Below the pieces are notes generated by a model. That model had not been told where the DNA came from. It saw only the letters and a list, made by a program, of their open reading frames with translations, and did not search any database. This document shows, piece after piece, positions 50,441 to 60,009 of a DNA stretch of 64,000 bases. Made by a program: the position numbers and the translations under genes. Positions within the stretch are counted from its first letter, which is position 1. Each line of letters opens with the position of its first letter. The stretch comes from Dehalococcoidia bacterium (GTDB lineage: Bacteria; Chloroflexota; Dehalococcoidia; Plut-88900), in contig CBDBLV010000005.1 in the NCBI GenBank assembly GCA_965207225.1, positions 448,001 to 512,000 of the forward strand. The letters run 5' to 3'.

Positions 50441-51337
50441 CTAGTTGTTGCTGAACCGCTCGTCTATATCCAGCAGGAATCGCTCGACCTGCGGAGATAA
50501 GGGCGGCGCATCCTCGTCCTCTTCCTCAGCTTTCTCCTCCTCGGCCCGAGCGTCGTACATCGACTCCAGCCGCTGCACCAGGTTCCGCAGTTCCGGGCTT
50601 CTCGCCACCGTCCGACCCAGCTCCACGTACTGCTGCTCCGCCTTCTCTCTGGCCTGAAGTTCTTGCGGAAGCCCGTAGAGCTCGCTCAGCACCCCCAGCA
50701 CCGCCGCCGCCCCCGATAGGTCCTCTTCCATCTGCACGTATTGCGGCAGATGAACTGTCAGGTTCCCCGTCTCCAACCCCAGCTTCTGGGCTTTCCGGGA
50801 GATCATATAAAGGATGCTCGTCGGGCCTTCGTAGGTGCTCCTCTTGACCTTGAATCGCTCTGCCAGCGTCTCGTCTATCCCCTCCATCCTCAGCGACCCC
50901 GAGATCCGCAGAGGCCGCGTATGCGGCACGACGTCGTACATCCCCCCTACCAGTAGGTACCGAGTCACCCCCAGCTCTTTGAAAAGCTCCAGGACCGAGT
51001 CTATGTACTCTTCCCCCAGCGAGTGCGGCTCCAGCAGGTGTACGAACAGTAAGTCCGGCAACCCCTCCGCCCGAGAGTAGTTGATGAACGTGTTGGGAAT
51101 GGTCACCTCTCGTTCACCATTCACGTACCTCAGCATCGGCCGGTAACGCGTGAAGTCGAAAAATCTGCCGGGCTCTGCCAGCTTGGCCAGTTCGGAGGCG
51201 TTTAGGTACTTCTCCAGCCTGCCCAATACGGTTGTCCCGACACTCCCCACGTCCACCCAGGGCCTCATCATCGCAATCGCGTGGGGCTCTCTTAGTTCGG
51301 GTAGGGGTTCCGTAGTTTCAAATGCCTTAACTCTCAC
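50441..51337 (-). CDS. PAC2 (proteasome assembly chaperone-like) family protein
   Basis: WVDVGSVG, FFDFTRYRP, EP, VPHTRP, YEGPTS. Confidence 0.85.
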   Translation of the reverse strand: MRVKAFETTEPLPELREPHAIAMMRPWVDVGSVGTTVLGRLEKYLNASELAKLAEPGRFFDFTRYRPMLRYVNGEREVTIPNTFINYSRAEGLPDLLFVHLLEPHSLGEEYIDSVLELFKELGVTRYLLVGGMYDVVPHTRPLRISGSLRMEGIDETLAERFKVKRSTYEGPTSILYMISRKAQKLGLETGNLTVHLPQYVQMEEDLSGAAAVLGVLSELYGLPQELQAREKAEQQYVELGRTVARSPELRNLVQRLESMYDARAEEEKAEEEDEDAPPLSPQVERFLLDIDERFSNN

Positions 51338-51439
51338 TCCTCACCTGCCCCCGCTTGATAGGACTGCCCCGGCGTCCAGTTCGGGCGCCGGGGGACGTGT
51401 CCCAAATTCTTGTTCGGGCCCTTGGCCCCTGGCGGCGCA

Positions 51440-52852
51440 CTAGAGGTGCATCACCACCAGCTTCAGCTCGGTCATCTCTTCCACCGCGTACCGGGGCCCT
51501 TCTTTGCCCATGCCGCTGTACTTCAGCCCGCCGTAGGGCATCAGGTCGGCCCTCCACTGCGGCCCGTAGTTGATGTGCAAACTCCCGGACTCAACTTCCT
51601 TGGCGAACTTCATCGCCCAGTCGATGTTCTGCGTAAAAATGCCTGCCGAGAGCCCGTATTCGCTGTCGTTCGCCAGCGCGATCGCATCGTCGATGTCGTT
51701 CACGGGCGTAACCGCCACAGCCGGCCCGAACAGCTCCTCGCAGGAGATCTTCATCTCGGGCTTCACGTCCGCAACGATCGTCGGCGCGTATATCGCCCCT
51801 TCCCGCTCCCCGCCCGTGACCACGGTAGCGCCCGTGGCCACCGCCGTGTCTATCCATTCCCCAACGCGCACGGCCTCTTCCTCTTTAACCATGGGGCCCA
51901 TCTGTATGCCTTCTTCTATCGGGTTGCCGATCTTTATCGACTCCACGCCTTCCTTCAATCCTTCCAAGTAGTCGGCGTAGATCCTCTTGTCCGCCAGCAC
52001 CCGCTGCGTGGATATGCACACCTGCCCCGCGTTGGAATAGCCGCTCGCCACCGTCGCTTTGATTACCTTGTCCAGGTCGGCGTCCGGCATCACGATCAGC
52101 GGGCTGTTCGACCCGAGCTCCATCGTCACCTTCTTCACCCCGGCCATCTTGCAGATGTGCTCGCCTACTTCCTTGCTTCCCGTGAACGTGATCTTCCTCA
52201 CCCGTCCGTCGGTGCTGATAGAGTCCCCGATGAGCTTCCCGCTCCCCGTGACGCACTGAATCGCCTCGGGCGGCAGTCCCGCATCCAGCAACACCTCAAC
52301 CAGCTTCAGCGCCGACAGCGGCGTGTCCGTGGCCGGCTTGATGAGCACCGAGTTCCCCGCCGCCAACGCAGGCCCGACCTTGTGCATCACCAGGTTCAAC
52401 GGGAAATTGAATGGGCTGATCGCTGCTACAATCCCACATGGCACCCGCATCGTGAACCCGAACTGCCCCGACCAGCTCGGTGCTCCGTCCAGGGGCACCG
52501 TCTCGCCGTGGATCCTCTTGGCCTCCTCCGCGGAACCCGTCAAAGTCTGCACCGCCCGGTCCACCTCCACCCGACCCTCCGCTATTACCTTTCCCTCTTC
52601 CAGCGTGATTATCCGGGCGTGCTCCTCCCGGCGTTCTTCCAGCAGGTCCGCCGCCTTCTTCAGGATTCTGTACCGCTCGTGCGCCGGCATCTTCGCCATC
52701 ACCTTGGCGCCCCGGGCTGCACTCGTTATCGCAGCATCGATGTCGGATTCTTCCGACCTCGGAATAGTGTCTATCTCATTGCCATCGTACGGGTTGACCA
52801 CCGAAATCTTCTTGTCCTTGTCAACCCACTCTCCTGCTACGAACATCTTCAT
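51440..52852 (-). CDS. Aldehyde dehydrogenase family
   Basis: PFNFP, KPA, FTGS, MELGS, GQVC, EELFGP, PYGGLK.SG. Confidence 0.95.
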   Translation of the reverse strand: MKMFVAGEWVDKDKKISVVNPYDGNEIDTIPRSEESDIDAAITSAARGAKVMAKMPAHERYRILKKAADLLEERREEHARIITLEEGKVIAEGRVEVDRAVQTLTGSAEEAKRIHGETVPLDGAPSWSGQFGFTMRVPCGIVAAISPFNFPLNLVMHKVGPALAAGNSVLIKPATDTPLSALKLVEVLLDAGLPPEAIQCVTGSGKLIGDSISTDGRVRKITFTGSKEVGEHICKMAGVKKVTMELGSNSPLIVMPDADLDKVIKATVASGYSNAGQVCISTQRVLADKRIYADYLEGLKEGVESIKIGNPIEEGIQMGPMVKEEEAVRVGEWIDTAVATGATVVTGGEREGAIYAPTIVADVKPEMKISCEELFGPAVAVTPVNDIDDAIALANDSEYGLSAGIFTQNIDWAMKFAKEVESGSLHINYGPQWRADLMPYGGLKYSGMGKEGPRYAVEEMTELKLVVMHL

Positions 52853-52999
52853 GGACTTTTCCTCCTGGTCGTCGCCGACGAGTTAAATGTTCAAATCCTT
52901 CTTGGGCCCCGAGGCCCTCACGCCTCGCTCCTCTCGGCCCGCCGCCGCCCATTATACCCCATGCTCTCCACGCCCTTTGCATACACCCCCTGCTCAACC

Positions 53000-53083
53000 G
53001 TCATGCCGGCCCCCGAGCCGGAATCCATCCCCTGGGGGCGGGGCAGAATCCGCTCATCCTGAGGTCACTCGAAGGGTCGAGCG
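53000..53083. repeat. Composite family A + family B repeat
   Basis: GTCATGCCGGC..GCCGGAATCCATCCCC then CGCTCATCCTGAGGTCACTCGAAGGGTCGAGCG; same order as at 285-360. Confidence 0.7.
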
Positions 53084-53171
53084 GATTCCGGGAGGGGTTC
53101 CCTTAGAGGGCAGGTTATGTATAAGAAAAGAGTGACTTCGGTATTGAACAAGAGCCCGGACTAGGTGCCCC

Positions 53172-54479
53172 CTATAACCCAACCTCCGTCATCGACCTGT
53201 CCAGTATCTCCACCCCCCGGTCAAGCTCCTCGTAAGTCGCCGTCATCGGCGGCGCGATACGCCACACGTTCGCAATATTCGCATAGGACGCCTGCTGAAG
53301 GATCAGACCGTTCTCCAGACACTTCTTCGTCAGCAGCCGGGTCTCCTCCCCCGCCGGCTCCTTTGTCACCGGATCCTTCACCAGCTCCATCCCCAGCAGC
53401 AACCCCCGACCCCTCACATCCCCGATAATCGGATGGTCTTCCTTCATTCTTATATATGCGTCCTTCAGGTACTGCCCCTTGGCCCGGGCCTCGTCCGCCA
53501 ATCCTTCCTTCACCAGCACCTCGATCACCGCCAGCCCCACCGCCGCCGCAAACGGATCGTTCTGGTGCGACGATATGAACGCCATCCCCTTGTCGTGGCA
53601 CGTCTCCTCGATTTCTGCCGAAGTGATCATCGCCGCCAGCGGCAGCCCCGCCCCCAGCGTCTTGGACAGCGCCAGTATGTCCGGCACGAACCCGTCCTGC
53701 TCGAACGCGAACGTCGCACCCACCCTCCCCATCCCCGTTTGTGCCTCATCCAGGATGAACAGCATCCCCCTCTCCTCGCACATCCGCTTCACCAGCGGGA
53801 AATAGCCGGGCGGCGGCTCAAGGATTCCTGCCGCGCTCATGATTGGCTCTGCAATGAACGCTGCCAGCGACCCCGTGCTCTGAGCATCCACCATGTCAAA
53901 CCCGACCCTCGCACACGCATAGTCGCAGGACGGGAAACTCATTTGAAGGGGGCACCGGTAGCAGTGTGGCGTGGGAATGGCGATGCCACCTGGCACCCAC
54001 GGCCCAAACCCTCCCCGCCTGTTGGAGAACGTCACGCTCATCGCCCCGCCCGTGTGCCCGTGGTATCCCTGGATAAGCCCCACCACCTCGAAGCGGCCCG
54101 TGAACATCTTCGCCACCTTCAGCGCCACCTCCGTCGACTCCCCGCCCGTGCTCAGCAGCAACACTTTCTGCAACTGCTCCGGCAGCAGGTCCGCCAGCGA
54201 TTTCCCAAGCTCTATGACCTCTTCACTCACCAGGTTCGTATTCAGGTGCAGCACCCGCTCGCAGCTGCGTTTCAGCGCTTCCGTGATCGCAGGATGGTTG
54301 TGACCGATGCTCGCCGCCATCTGCCCCGACCCGAAGTCCAGGTACTCCTTTCCATCCACGTCCACCAGCATCGCCCCCCGACCGTATGCCATGACCGGTT
54401 CCCCGTAGTCTTTTGAAGACCGGAACAGGTGGGCCTTCGCCTGGTCCAACAATTCGGCTTTCCGGGCATCTTTCTTCAT
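53172..54479 (-). CDS. Class III PLP aminotransferase, 2,2-dialkylglycine decarboxylase-like
   Basis: DFGSGQM, LLLSTG.ES, AAFIAEPI, LDEAQTG, LSKTLGAGLPLAA resemble DgdA. Confidence 0.85.
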   Translation of the reverse strand: MKKDARKAELLDQAKAHLFRSSKDYGEPVMAYGRGAMLVDVDGKEYLDFGSGQMAASIGHNHPAITEALKRSCERVLHLNTNLVSEEVIELGKSLADLLPEQLQKVLLLSTGGESTEVALKVAKMFTGRFEVVGLIQGYHGHTGGAMSVTFSNRRGGFGPWVPGGIAIPTPHCYRCPLQMSFPSCDYACARVGFDMVDAQSTGSLAAFIAEPIMSAAGILEPPPGYFPLVKRMCEERGMLFILDEAQTGMGRVGATFAFEQDGFVPDILALSKTLGAGLPLAAMITSAEIEETCHDKGMAFISSHQNDPFAAAVGLAVIEVLVKEGLADEARAKGQYLKDAYIRMKEDHPIIGDVRGRGLLLGMELVKDPVTKEPAGEETRLLTKKCLENGLILQQASYANIANVWRIAPPMTATYEELDRGVEILDRSMTEVGL

Positions 54480-54571
54480 TTCAAACTCCTTGCAGAGGCT
54501 CCGATACGTGACTCGACTCATTGTATATTGACCTGCAAGCACGGGGCCCGCAATACGCACGAGAAAGAGGG

Positions 54572-54600
54572 TTGACAAGCCAACCGCTGGCCCCTATACT
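54572..54600 (+). promoter_or_regulatory. Near-consensus sigma70 promoter of the ABC operon
   Basis: TTGACA-17 nt-TATACT. Confidence 0.75.
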
Positions 54601-54781
54601 GACCCAACTTTTAGGGCATTGGGAGCTTGAAGGTTCCCGTGGGGGTGCCCTTTCATTTCTTTGCTGAAAGAGACCGCAGAGTACACGTATACAGCTTGCG
54701 GACAGCCTCAGACCTGACCGGTAAGCGCAAACAAAGTTGAAGCTTCAGCTAGGAGAGTTACAGACAGGGGGACCTTAAGCT

Positions 54782-55873
54782 ATGGCACAAGCGTTAGAGC
54801 AAATCACAGGCGCTAGCATCTCCATCCGGAACCTCACCAAGCTTTACGGCGAGGTGCGGGCCCTGGACAACGCCAACCTGGAAATCGGCGCTGGAGAGTT
54901 CATTACCCTGCTAGGTCCCTCCGGTTCCGGAAAAACAACCTGCCTCATGATGATCGCAGGTTTTGTTATTCCTACCGCCGGAGACATCTTGGTTGACGGC
55001 AATTCCATTGTGGACATCCCCACCTACAAGCGGAACCTGGGGATGGTTTTCCAGAACTACAGCCTGTTCCCCCACATGAACGTAGAGAAGAACATCGCCT
55101 TCCCGCTCCAGATGAGAAAGATGAAGAAGCGGGAGATCGAGCCCCGAGTCCAGGCTGCCCTGGAACTCGTCCGGCTCTCGGGCTTCGAAAAGAGACGGGC
55201 CAGCCAGCTCAGCGGTGGTCAGCAGCAGCGCATCGCCCTCGCCAGAGCCCTCGTCTACGAACCCTCCGTACTCCTCCTCGACGAGCCCCTCGGTGCCCTG
55301 GACCTCAAGTTGCGTCAGGAAATGCAGATCGAACTGAAGCACCTCCACAACAGGCTCGGAGTCACCATTATCTACGTGACGCACGACCAGGGTGAAGCCC
55401 TCACCATGTCCGACAGGATCGTCGTGCTCAACTTCGGCGCCATCCAGCAGGTCGACACCCCGGACGGTATGTACAAGAGGCCCGTCAACCGCTTCGTTGC
55501 TGACTTCATCGGCGAGACCAACTTCCTTGCCGGCAATGGAGAACTGGACGGCACCAGGTACGTACTGGAGACCGAAGACGGCCTGCGCCTCACCGGTGTA
55601 GCCCGTGACGCTGACATCGACATCGAAAATGCTACCGCCGTAGTGAGGCCGGAGAGCATCGTCGAAATCACGGAGTCCAATGGTATGCCCAATGTGTTCG
55701 AAGGCGAAATTGAGGAGATTATCTACCTCGGTGAGCACGTCAAGTACCACATCAGGCTCGGGAACAACACCCGCGTCATGGCCAAATGGCTCCTCAATGC
55801 CGACTCAAACCTCTATAAGCCGGGTGAGCGGGTCCGAATCGGCTGGGAAGCCAACGACATGCTCGCAGTCTAG
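54782..55873 (+). CDS. PotA-like polyamine/amine ABC transporter ATPase
   Basis: GPSGSGKT, MVFQNYSLFPH, LSGGQQQR, LLDEPLGALD, TOBE tail. Confidence 0.93.
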   Translation: MAQALEQITGASISIRNLTKLYGEVRALDNANLEIGAGEFITLLGPSGSGKTTCLMMIAGFVIPTAGDILVDGNSIVDIPTYKRNLGMVFQNYSLFPHMNVEKNIAFPLQMRKMKKREIEPRVQAALELVRLSGFEKRRASQLSGGQQQRIALARALVYEPSVLLLDEPLGALDLKLRQEMQIELKHLHNRLGVTIIYVTHDQGEALTMSDRIVVLNFGAIQQVDTPDGMYKRPVNRFVADFIGETNFLAGNGELDGTRYVLETEDGLRLTGVARDADIDIENATAVVRPESIVEITESNGMPNVFEGEIEEIIYLGEHVKYHIRLGNNTRVMAKWLLNADSNLYKPGERVRIGWEANDMLAV

Positions 55874-56003
55874 GTTCGAGAATATCGAGATCAATTTCGT
55901 AGTCAACGGAGCACTCACACACACGACAGCTAGGCCAAATATCCCGGACATCTCGTGGCCAATGCTGCAGGAATAGGGATGAAGCCGAAGACTGGAGACA
56001 GGT

Positions 56004-57143
56004 ATGGCTCAAGCAACAGGAGCAAGAGAATCAGGCGGTCTGGTTAGAAAGATCCCTTACGTCTCTGGCTCGATCGAAATGGTCGGGGCACTCAAAGATG
56101 TGGGAGATCAGATACAGGATCCTGCCAGGCGGCGGCTCCTCTGGCTCAAAATCAAGGAACAGGGCTTCTTCCTGTCTCTCGTCTTGCCCGCCGTGGCGCT
56201 TGTCACCATCTTCCTCATCTACCCCCTCTGGCGCATGTTCTCCCTCAGCTTCGGCAGCCTGGAGGACGGCGTAGCCTTCAACTACAACTTTGATACGATT
56301 GACCAGTACCAGAGGGCTATCGATGGCCCTGTCTATAGAGAGTTATTCAAGACAACTTTCCAGATCTCATTCCTGACCACCGTCTTTTCCATTTTGCTCG
56401 GGTATCCCGTGGCCTATCTACTGGCCAACGTCGCGGACAAGACCCGGGCCATTTTGCTTCCCCTGGTAGTCGTACCCTTCTGGACCAGCATCCTGGTTCG
56501 CACATTTGCCTGGCGCATAATCCTCGGCCGCAATGGCTTCATCAATGAAACTCTCGACTGGATCGGCCTCCGGGATGGCTTCGGAGAAGCCCTCCAATGG
56601 GTCGGCGAAGTTCTGGAAATGCGTCCCTTCAGATGGATGCTTGACTGGACCGGCCTTCCCGACGCCCTGAGCTTCAGTGGCTGGGAGCCCGCCGCGGGCG
56701 GGACTGGCGGCGAGTTGGAGCTCGTCTTCAATAGGATCGGCACCCTGGTGGGAATGATCCACATCCTTGTTCCATTCATGATTTTCCCCATCTTCGCAGT
56801 CATGCGTGGTATCCCCAACGAATACCTGCGGGCCGCCGAGAACCTTGGCGCCGGCCCCTTCACCGCCTTCCGTCGGGTCTATTTCCCCCTCACCCTACCC
56901 GGCCTCGGCGCAGGCATACTGCTGGTCTTCATCCTCTCCCTTGGCTTCTTCATCACCCCCGCCCTCCTTGGTGGCCCCGGTGACCGGATGATATCCAACA
57001 TGATCGAAATTCAGATTAATGAAGTGAACAACTGGGAGTTTGCGGCTGCCCTTGCCTTCATGCTCCTCGGCGGTACCCTCGTTTTGTACTTCATCTACGC
57101 CCGATTCCTCAGTATGGACAGGCTGTACGGAGAGATGCGTTAG
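56004..57143 (+). CDS. PotB-like ABC permease with extra N-terminal and loop segments
   Basis: LGYPVAY, PFWTSILVR, AAENLGA (EAA), FITPALLGG. Confidence 0.9.
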   Translation: MAQATGARESGGLVRKIPYVSGSIEMVGALKDVGDQIQDPARRRLLWLKIKEQGFFLSLVLPAVALVTIFLIYPLWRMFSLSFGSLEDGVAFNYNFDTIDQYQRAIDGPVYRELFKTTFQISFLTTVFSILLGYPVAYLLANVADKTRAILLPLVVVPFWTSILVRTFAWRIILGRNGFINETLDWIGLRDGFGEALQWVGEVLEMRPFRWMLDWTGLPDALSFSGWEPAAGGTGGELELVFNRIGTLVGMIHILVPFMIFPIFAVMRGIPNEYLRAAENLGAGPFTAFRRVYFPLTLPGLGAGILLVFILSLGFFITPALLGGPGDRMISNMIEIQINEVNNWEFAAALAFMLLGGTLVLYFIYARFLSMDRLYGEMR

Positions 57144-57198
57144 CGAGCAGACCTAGCCTACCCGCGCCCCGGCAATTGATACAAGGAGTTGAGAGAAC

Positions 57199-58362
57199 AT
57201 GAAAGGTGCAGGCACTAGAGGACTTGGTGTTTGGGAAGGCCGTAGGGCCCCTATCAGAAGGGTGCTCCTGTACCTTTTCGTCTCCCTGATCTTCGCTTTC
57301 CTCATACTCCCCAACTTCATCGTCATACCCCTTTCGGTGACCGACTCCATATTCCTGCAGTTCCCGCCCAGGGGGTTCACCTGGCGCTGGTATCAGGACT
57401 ACTTCGGCGTCGAGGGCGCTAGTCACTTCGGCTCTACCGGCCGCTGGATCCCGGCGACCATCATCAGCGTCGAGCTCGCCATCGCCGTTATGATCGTCGC
57501 CGTGCCCATCGGCGCATTGGCCGCCTACGGGCTCACCCGGGGCCGCTTCTGGGGCAAGAACATCCTTAACGCTGTGATCATATCCCCCCTTATCGTGCCC
57601 ATCCTGATTACCGCTATCGCCCTCTTCTTCTTCTTGTCCAAGGCGCTGCGTTCCTTCTTCAAGTCACCCCAGGGGCTCTCTGTCCCCATATGGGGAGAGT
57701 ACCTGCTCATCTTCATGGCCATCGCCTTGGGAGTGTTCTCCATTGGCCTCCTCATGTTCAGGACCTTCTACAAAAAGCCCATTGAAGATTGGGACCCAAG
57801 GTTGACTGCTTGGTATGAACGCCTAAGGCCCTGGGCTCCAATCGGTCTCCTGCTTACCGCTCCTTATCTCGTCATCCCTTGGCTGTCCGGCTGGACCGAC
57901 AAATTTGACGGCGGCCTCTTTTCCTCTGCCGACCCCTATCCCCAGGTGCCTGTGGTTGGTGCAGGCCTGTTGATAGCCCACGTGATGCTCGCCGTCCCTT
58001 ACGTGACCATCATCCTCAGCGCAACCCTCAGAAACGTCGAACGCAACCAGGACCAGGCGGCTTCCATCCTCGGAGCAGGCCCCATCACTACGCTGGTTAG
58101 GGCCGTGCTGCCACAAATGGTCCCCGGCCTTGCCGCCGGAGCCTTCTTCTCCTTCCTCGTCTCCTTCGACGAACTGCTTATAGCTCTCTTCCTCTCAACC
58201 AGCCAGATAAGCACCCTGCCCAAGGAGATCTGGGACGGCATACGGACCGAGATCAGCCCCACTATCGCTGCAATCTCGACCATGCTCGTGTTGCTCACCG
58301 TTATCCTTCTCGGCTTGGCCTTCTTCGTACAGACCAAGATGCGCCAGCGGGACGCGGTATAG
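57199..58362 (+). CDS. PotC-like ABC permease with a large internal insertion
   Basis: FPPRGFTWRWY, SPLIVP, QAASILGA, SFDE, TLP, ISPTIAA. Confidence 0.9.
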   Translation: MKGAGTRGLGVWEGRRAPIRRVLLYLFVSLIFAFLILPNFIVIPLSVTDSIFLQFPPRGFTWRWYQDYFGVEGASHFGSTGRWIPATIISVELAIAVMIVAVPIGALAAYGLTRGRFWGKNILNAVIISPLIVPILITAIALFFFLSKALRSFFKSPQGLSVPIWGEYLLIFMAIALGVFSIGLLMFRTFYKKPIEDWDPRLTAWYERLRPWAPIGLLLTAPYLVIPWLSGWTDKFDGGLFSSADPYPQVPVVGAGLLIAHVMLAVPYVTIILSATLRNVERNQDQAASILGAGPITTLVRAVLPQMVPGLAAGAFFSFLVSFDELLIALFLSTSQISTLPKEIWDGIRTEISPTIAAISTMLVLLTVILLGLAFFVQTKMRQRDAV

Positions 58363-58410
58363 ACTTAAGGAAAATCAGCTAGAAATCTCGGCGAGAAAAG
58401 GAAAACGTAG

Positions 58411-59016
58411 ATGCGCACCATTAAGCGTAAATTCATATTACTAGCTCTGGCAGGGCTAATTGCATTGCTTGCCGTCTCCCTTGCCTGCGGTGGCGGCGCC
58501 ACGGACGATGGAGATAGTGGTGGTGATACCACTACTACAGAGGAAACTGACACAGGTTCCGGCGAACAGCCCACCCCCCGCCCCACCAACACCCCGGCTG
58601 CACCCACCCGCATTGAAGGCGTCCCCGAACCCGAGGAGTGGGACGGCAGCGAAGGCATCGCAGCTACCGAGAGCAGTGCCGACATGACCGCAGTTGGCGC
58701 AGACGGTCTCGGTGGATCCCTCCACCTCATCCAGATCGAACGCAAGACCAAGGTCACCCTGACTCTGGACGACGCCGGGCCCGGCCCCTACGCCGCAGCA
58801 GTCCGCCGGGGCGGCTGCCCCGACGAAGGAGCTGAGGCAGGCGGCCAGTTCGACTACCTCCTCTTTGACGTGGAAGACGGCGAGTCTGTCAGCATGGTCA
58901 ACACTCCCGCCCAGTTCTTCCAGTTCAGCCTTGCCTACGTTGTGGTAGTCGGTGGTACGGATCTCATAAACGACCCCGTGATCTCCTGCGGCAACATCCC
59001 CAGCCCCCTCAGGTAG
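58411..59016 (+). CDS. Lipoprotein with a Cu/Zn-SOD-like beta-sandwich pattern lacking His ligands
   Basis: Lipobox SLACG, low-complexity linker, YAAAVRRGGC and terminal ISCGNI. Fold inferred from pattern only. Confidence 0.6.
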   Translation: MRTIKRKFILLALAGLIALLAVSLACGGGATDDGDSGGDTTTTEETDTGSGEQPTPRPTNTPAAPTRIEGVPEPEEWDGSEGIAATESSADMTAVGADGLGGSLHLIQIERKTKVTLTLDDAGPGPYAAAVRRGGCPDEGAEAGGQFDYLLFDVEDGESVSMVNTPAQFFQFSLAYVVVVGGTDLINDPVISCGNIPSPLR

Positions 59017-59037
59017 ACACGAGTCCCGACGAAAATA

Positions 59038-59070
59038 ATGGCCGGGGCCCCGATTCAGGGCCCCGGCCAT
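59038..59070 (+). terminator. Hairpin ending the ABC operon
   Basis: ATGGCCGGGGCCC-CGATTCA-GGGCCCCGGCCAT. Confidence 0.7.
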
Positions 59071-59114
59071 CGTTTATCCCCCACTGGGAGAGTTATTGAC
59101 TAGGCTAAACGCTT

Positions 59115-59927
59115 ATGACTGACTATACGACACTTTCATCCATCAAAGTTGCCGTCCAGGATTCCATAGCCCTCGTCACCCTGGACCGCCCCGACTCCCT
59201 CAACGCCGTCGACCACCGGATGCACCATGAGCTCGAAGAGCTCTTCGCCCTCCTCGCCGAGGACTCAGAGGTCAACGCAGTGGTAATCACTGGCGCCGGC
59301 AAGGCCTTCTCTGCCGGCGGAGACATTCAGGGCATGAAGGACCGGGCCAGCGACCCCGACACCCTCCGTGAATACGTCCATAGCTGGATTCTTCAGGGCC
59401 CCCGAAAGCTGGTCAGAAACCTCCTGGAAGTCCCTCAGCCCATAATCGCCGCGGTCAACGGCCACGCCATAGGCCTCGGCGCCACACTAGCCCTCCTTTG
59501 CGACATAATCATCGCATCGGAGGACGCCCGAATCGGCGACCCCCACGTCAGCGTCGGCATCGTCGCCGGAGATGGCGGCGCCGCCATCTGGCCCCTCCTG
59601 GTCAGCCTGTCCAAGGCCAAGGAGATGCTCCTCACCGGCGACCTGATCACCGCTAAGGAGGCCCGTGACCTGGGAGTCGTAAACCACGCCGTGCCCCGAG
59701 ACCAGGTCCTCCCCGATGCCATGAAGCTCGCTCATAGGCTCGCCTCCGGCCCGACCCTCGCCATCCGCTGGACAAAGATGGCCCTCAACAAGCGCCTTCG
59801 CGATGAGGTTAACCTCGTCCTTGAAGCCTCCCTCGCCACCGAGGGCCTCTCCTTCCTCACCCGTGATCACGCCGAGGCCGTAGACGCCTTCCTCGAAAAA
59901 CGCAAACCCAACTTCCAGGGCCGCTGA
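59115..59927 (+). CDS. Enoyl-CoA hydratase/isomerase family
   Basis: AFSAGGDI, AAVNGHAIGLG, DPHV.VGIVAGDGG, F.EKRKPNF.GR. Confidence 0.93.
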   Translation: MTDYTTLSSIKVAVQDSIALVTLDRPDSLNAVDHRMHHELEELFALLAEDSEVNAVVITGAGKAFSAGGDIQGMKDRASDPDTLREYVHSWILQGPRKLVRNLLEVPQPIIAAVNGHAIGLGATLALLCDIIIASEDARIGDPHVSVGIVAGDGGAAIWPLLVSLSKAKEMLLTGDLITAKEARDLGVVNHAVPRDQVLPDAMKLAHRLASGPTLAIRWTKMALNKRLRDEVNLVLEASLATEGLSFLTRDHAEAVDAFLEKRKPNFQGR

Positions 59928-60009
59928 CCTTGGGCATGATGTTCAGGGCACCGCACCCCTTCCCTGCCTGGTTTGTGGACATGGACAGGCTCTTTTGCAA
60001 GGAAAAAGC

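Noticed and set aside
51410-53062. Long antisense ORFs (also 9793-10995, 11975-13186, 35896-37227, 61343-62455)
   Set aside because: Shadow frames of well-supported genes, expected in high-GC DNA with biased codon usage.
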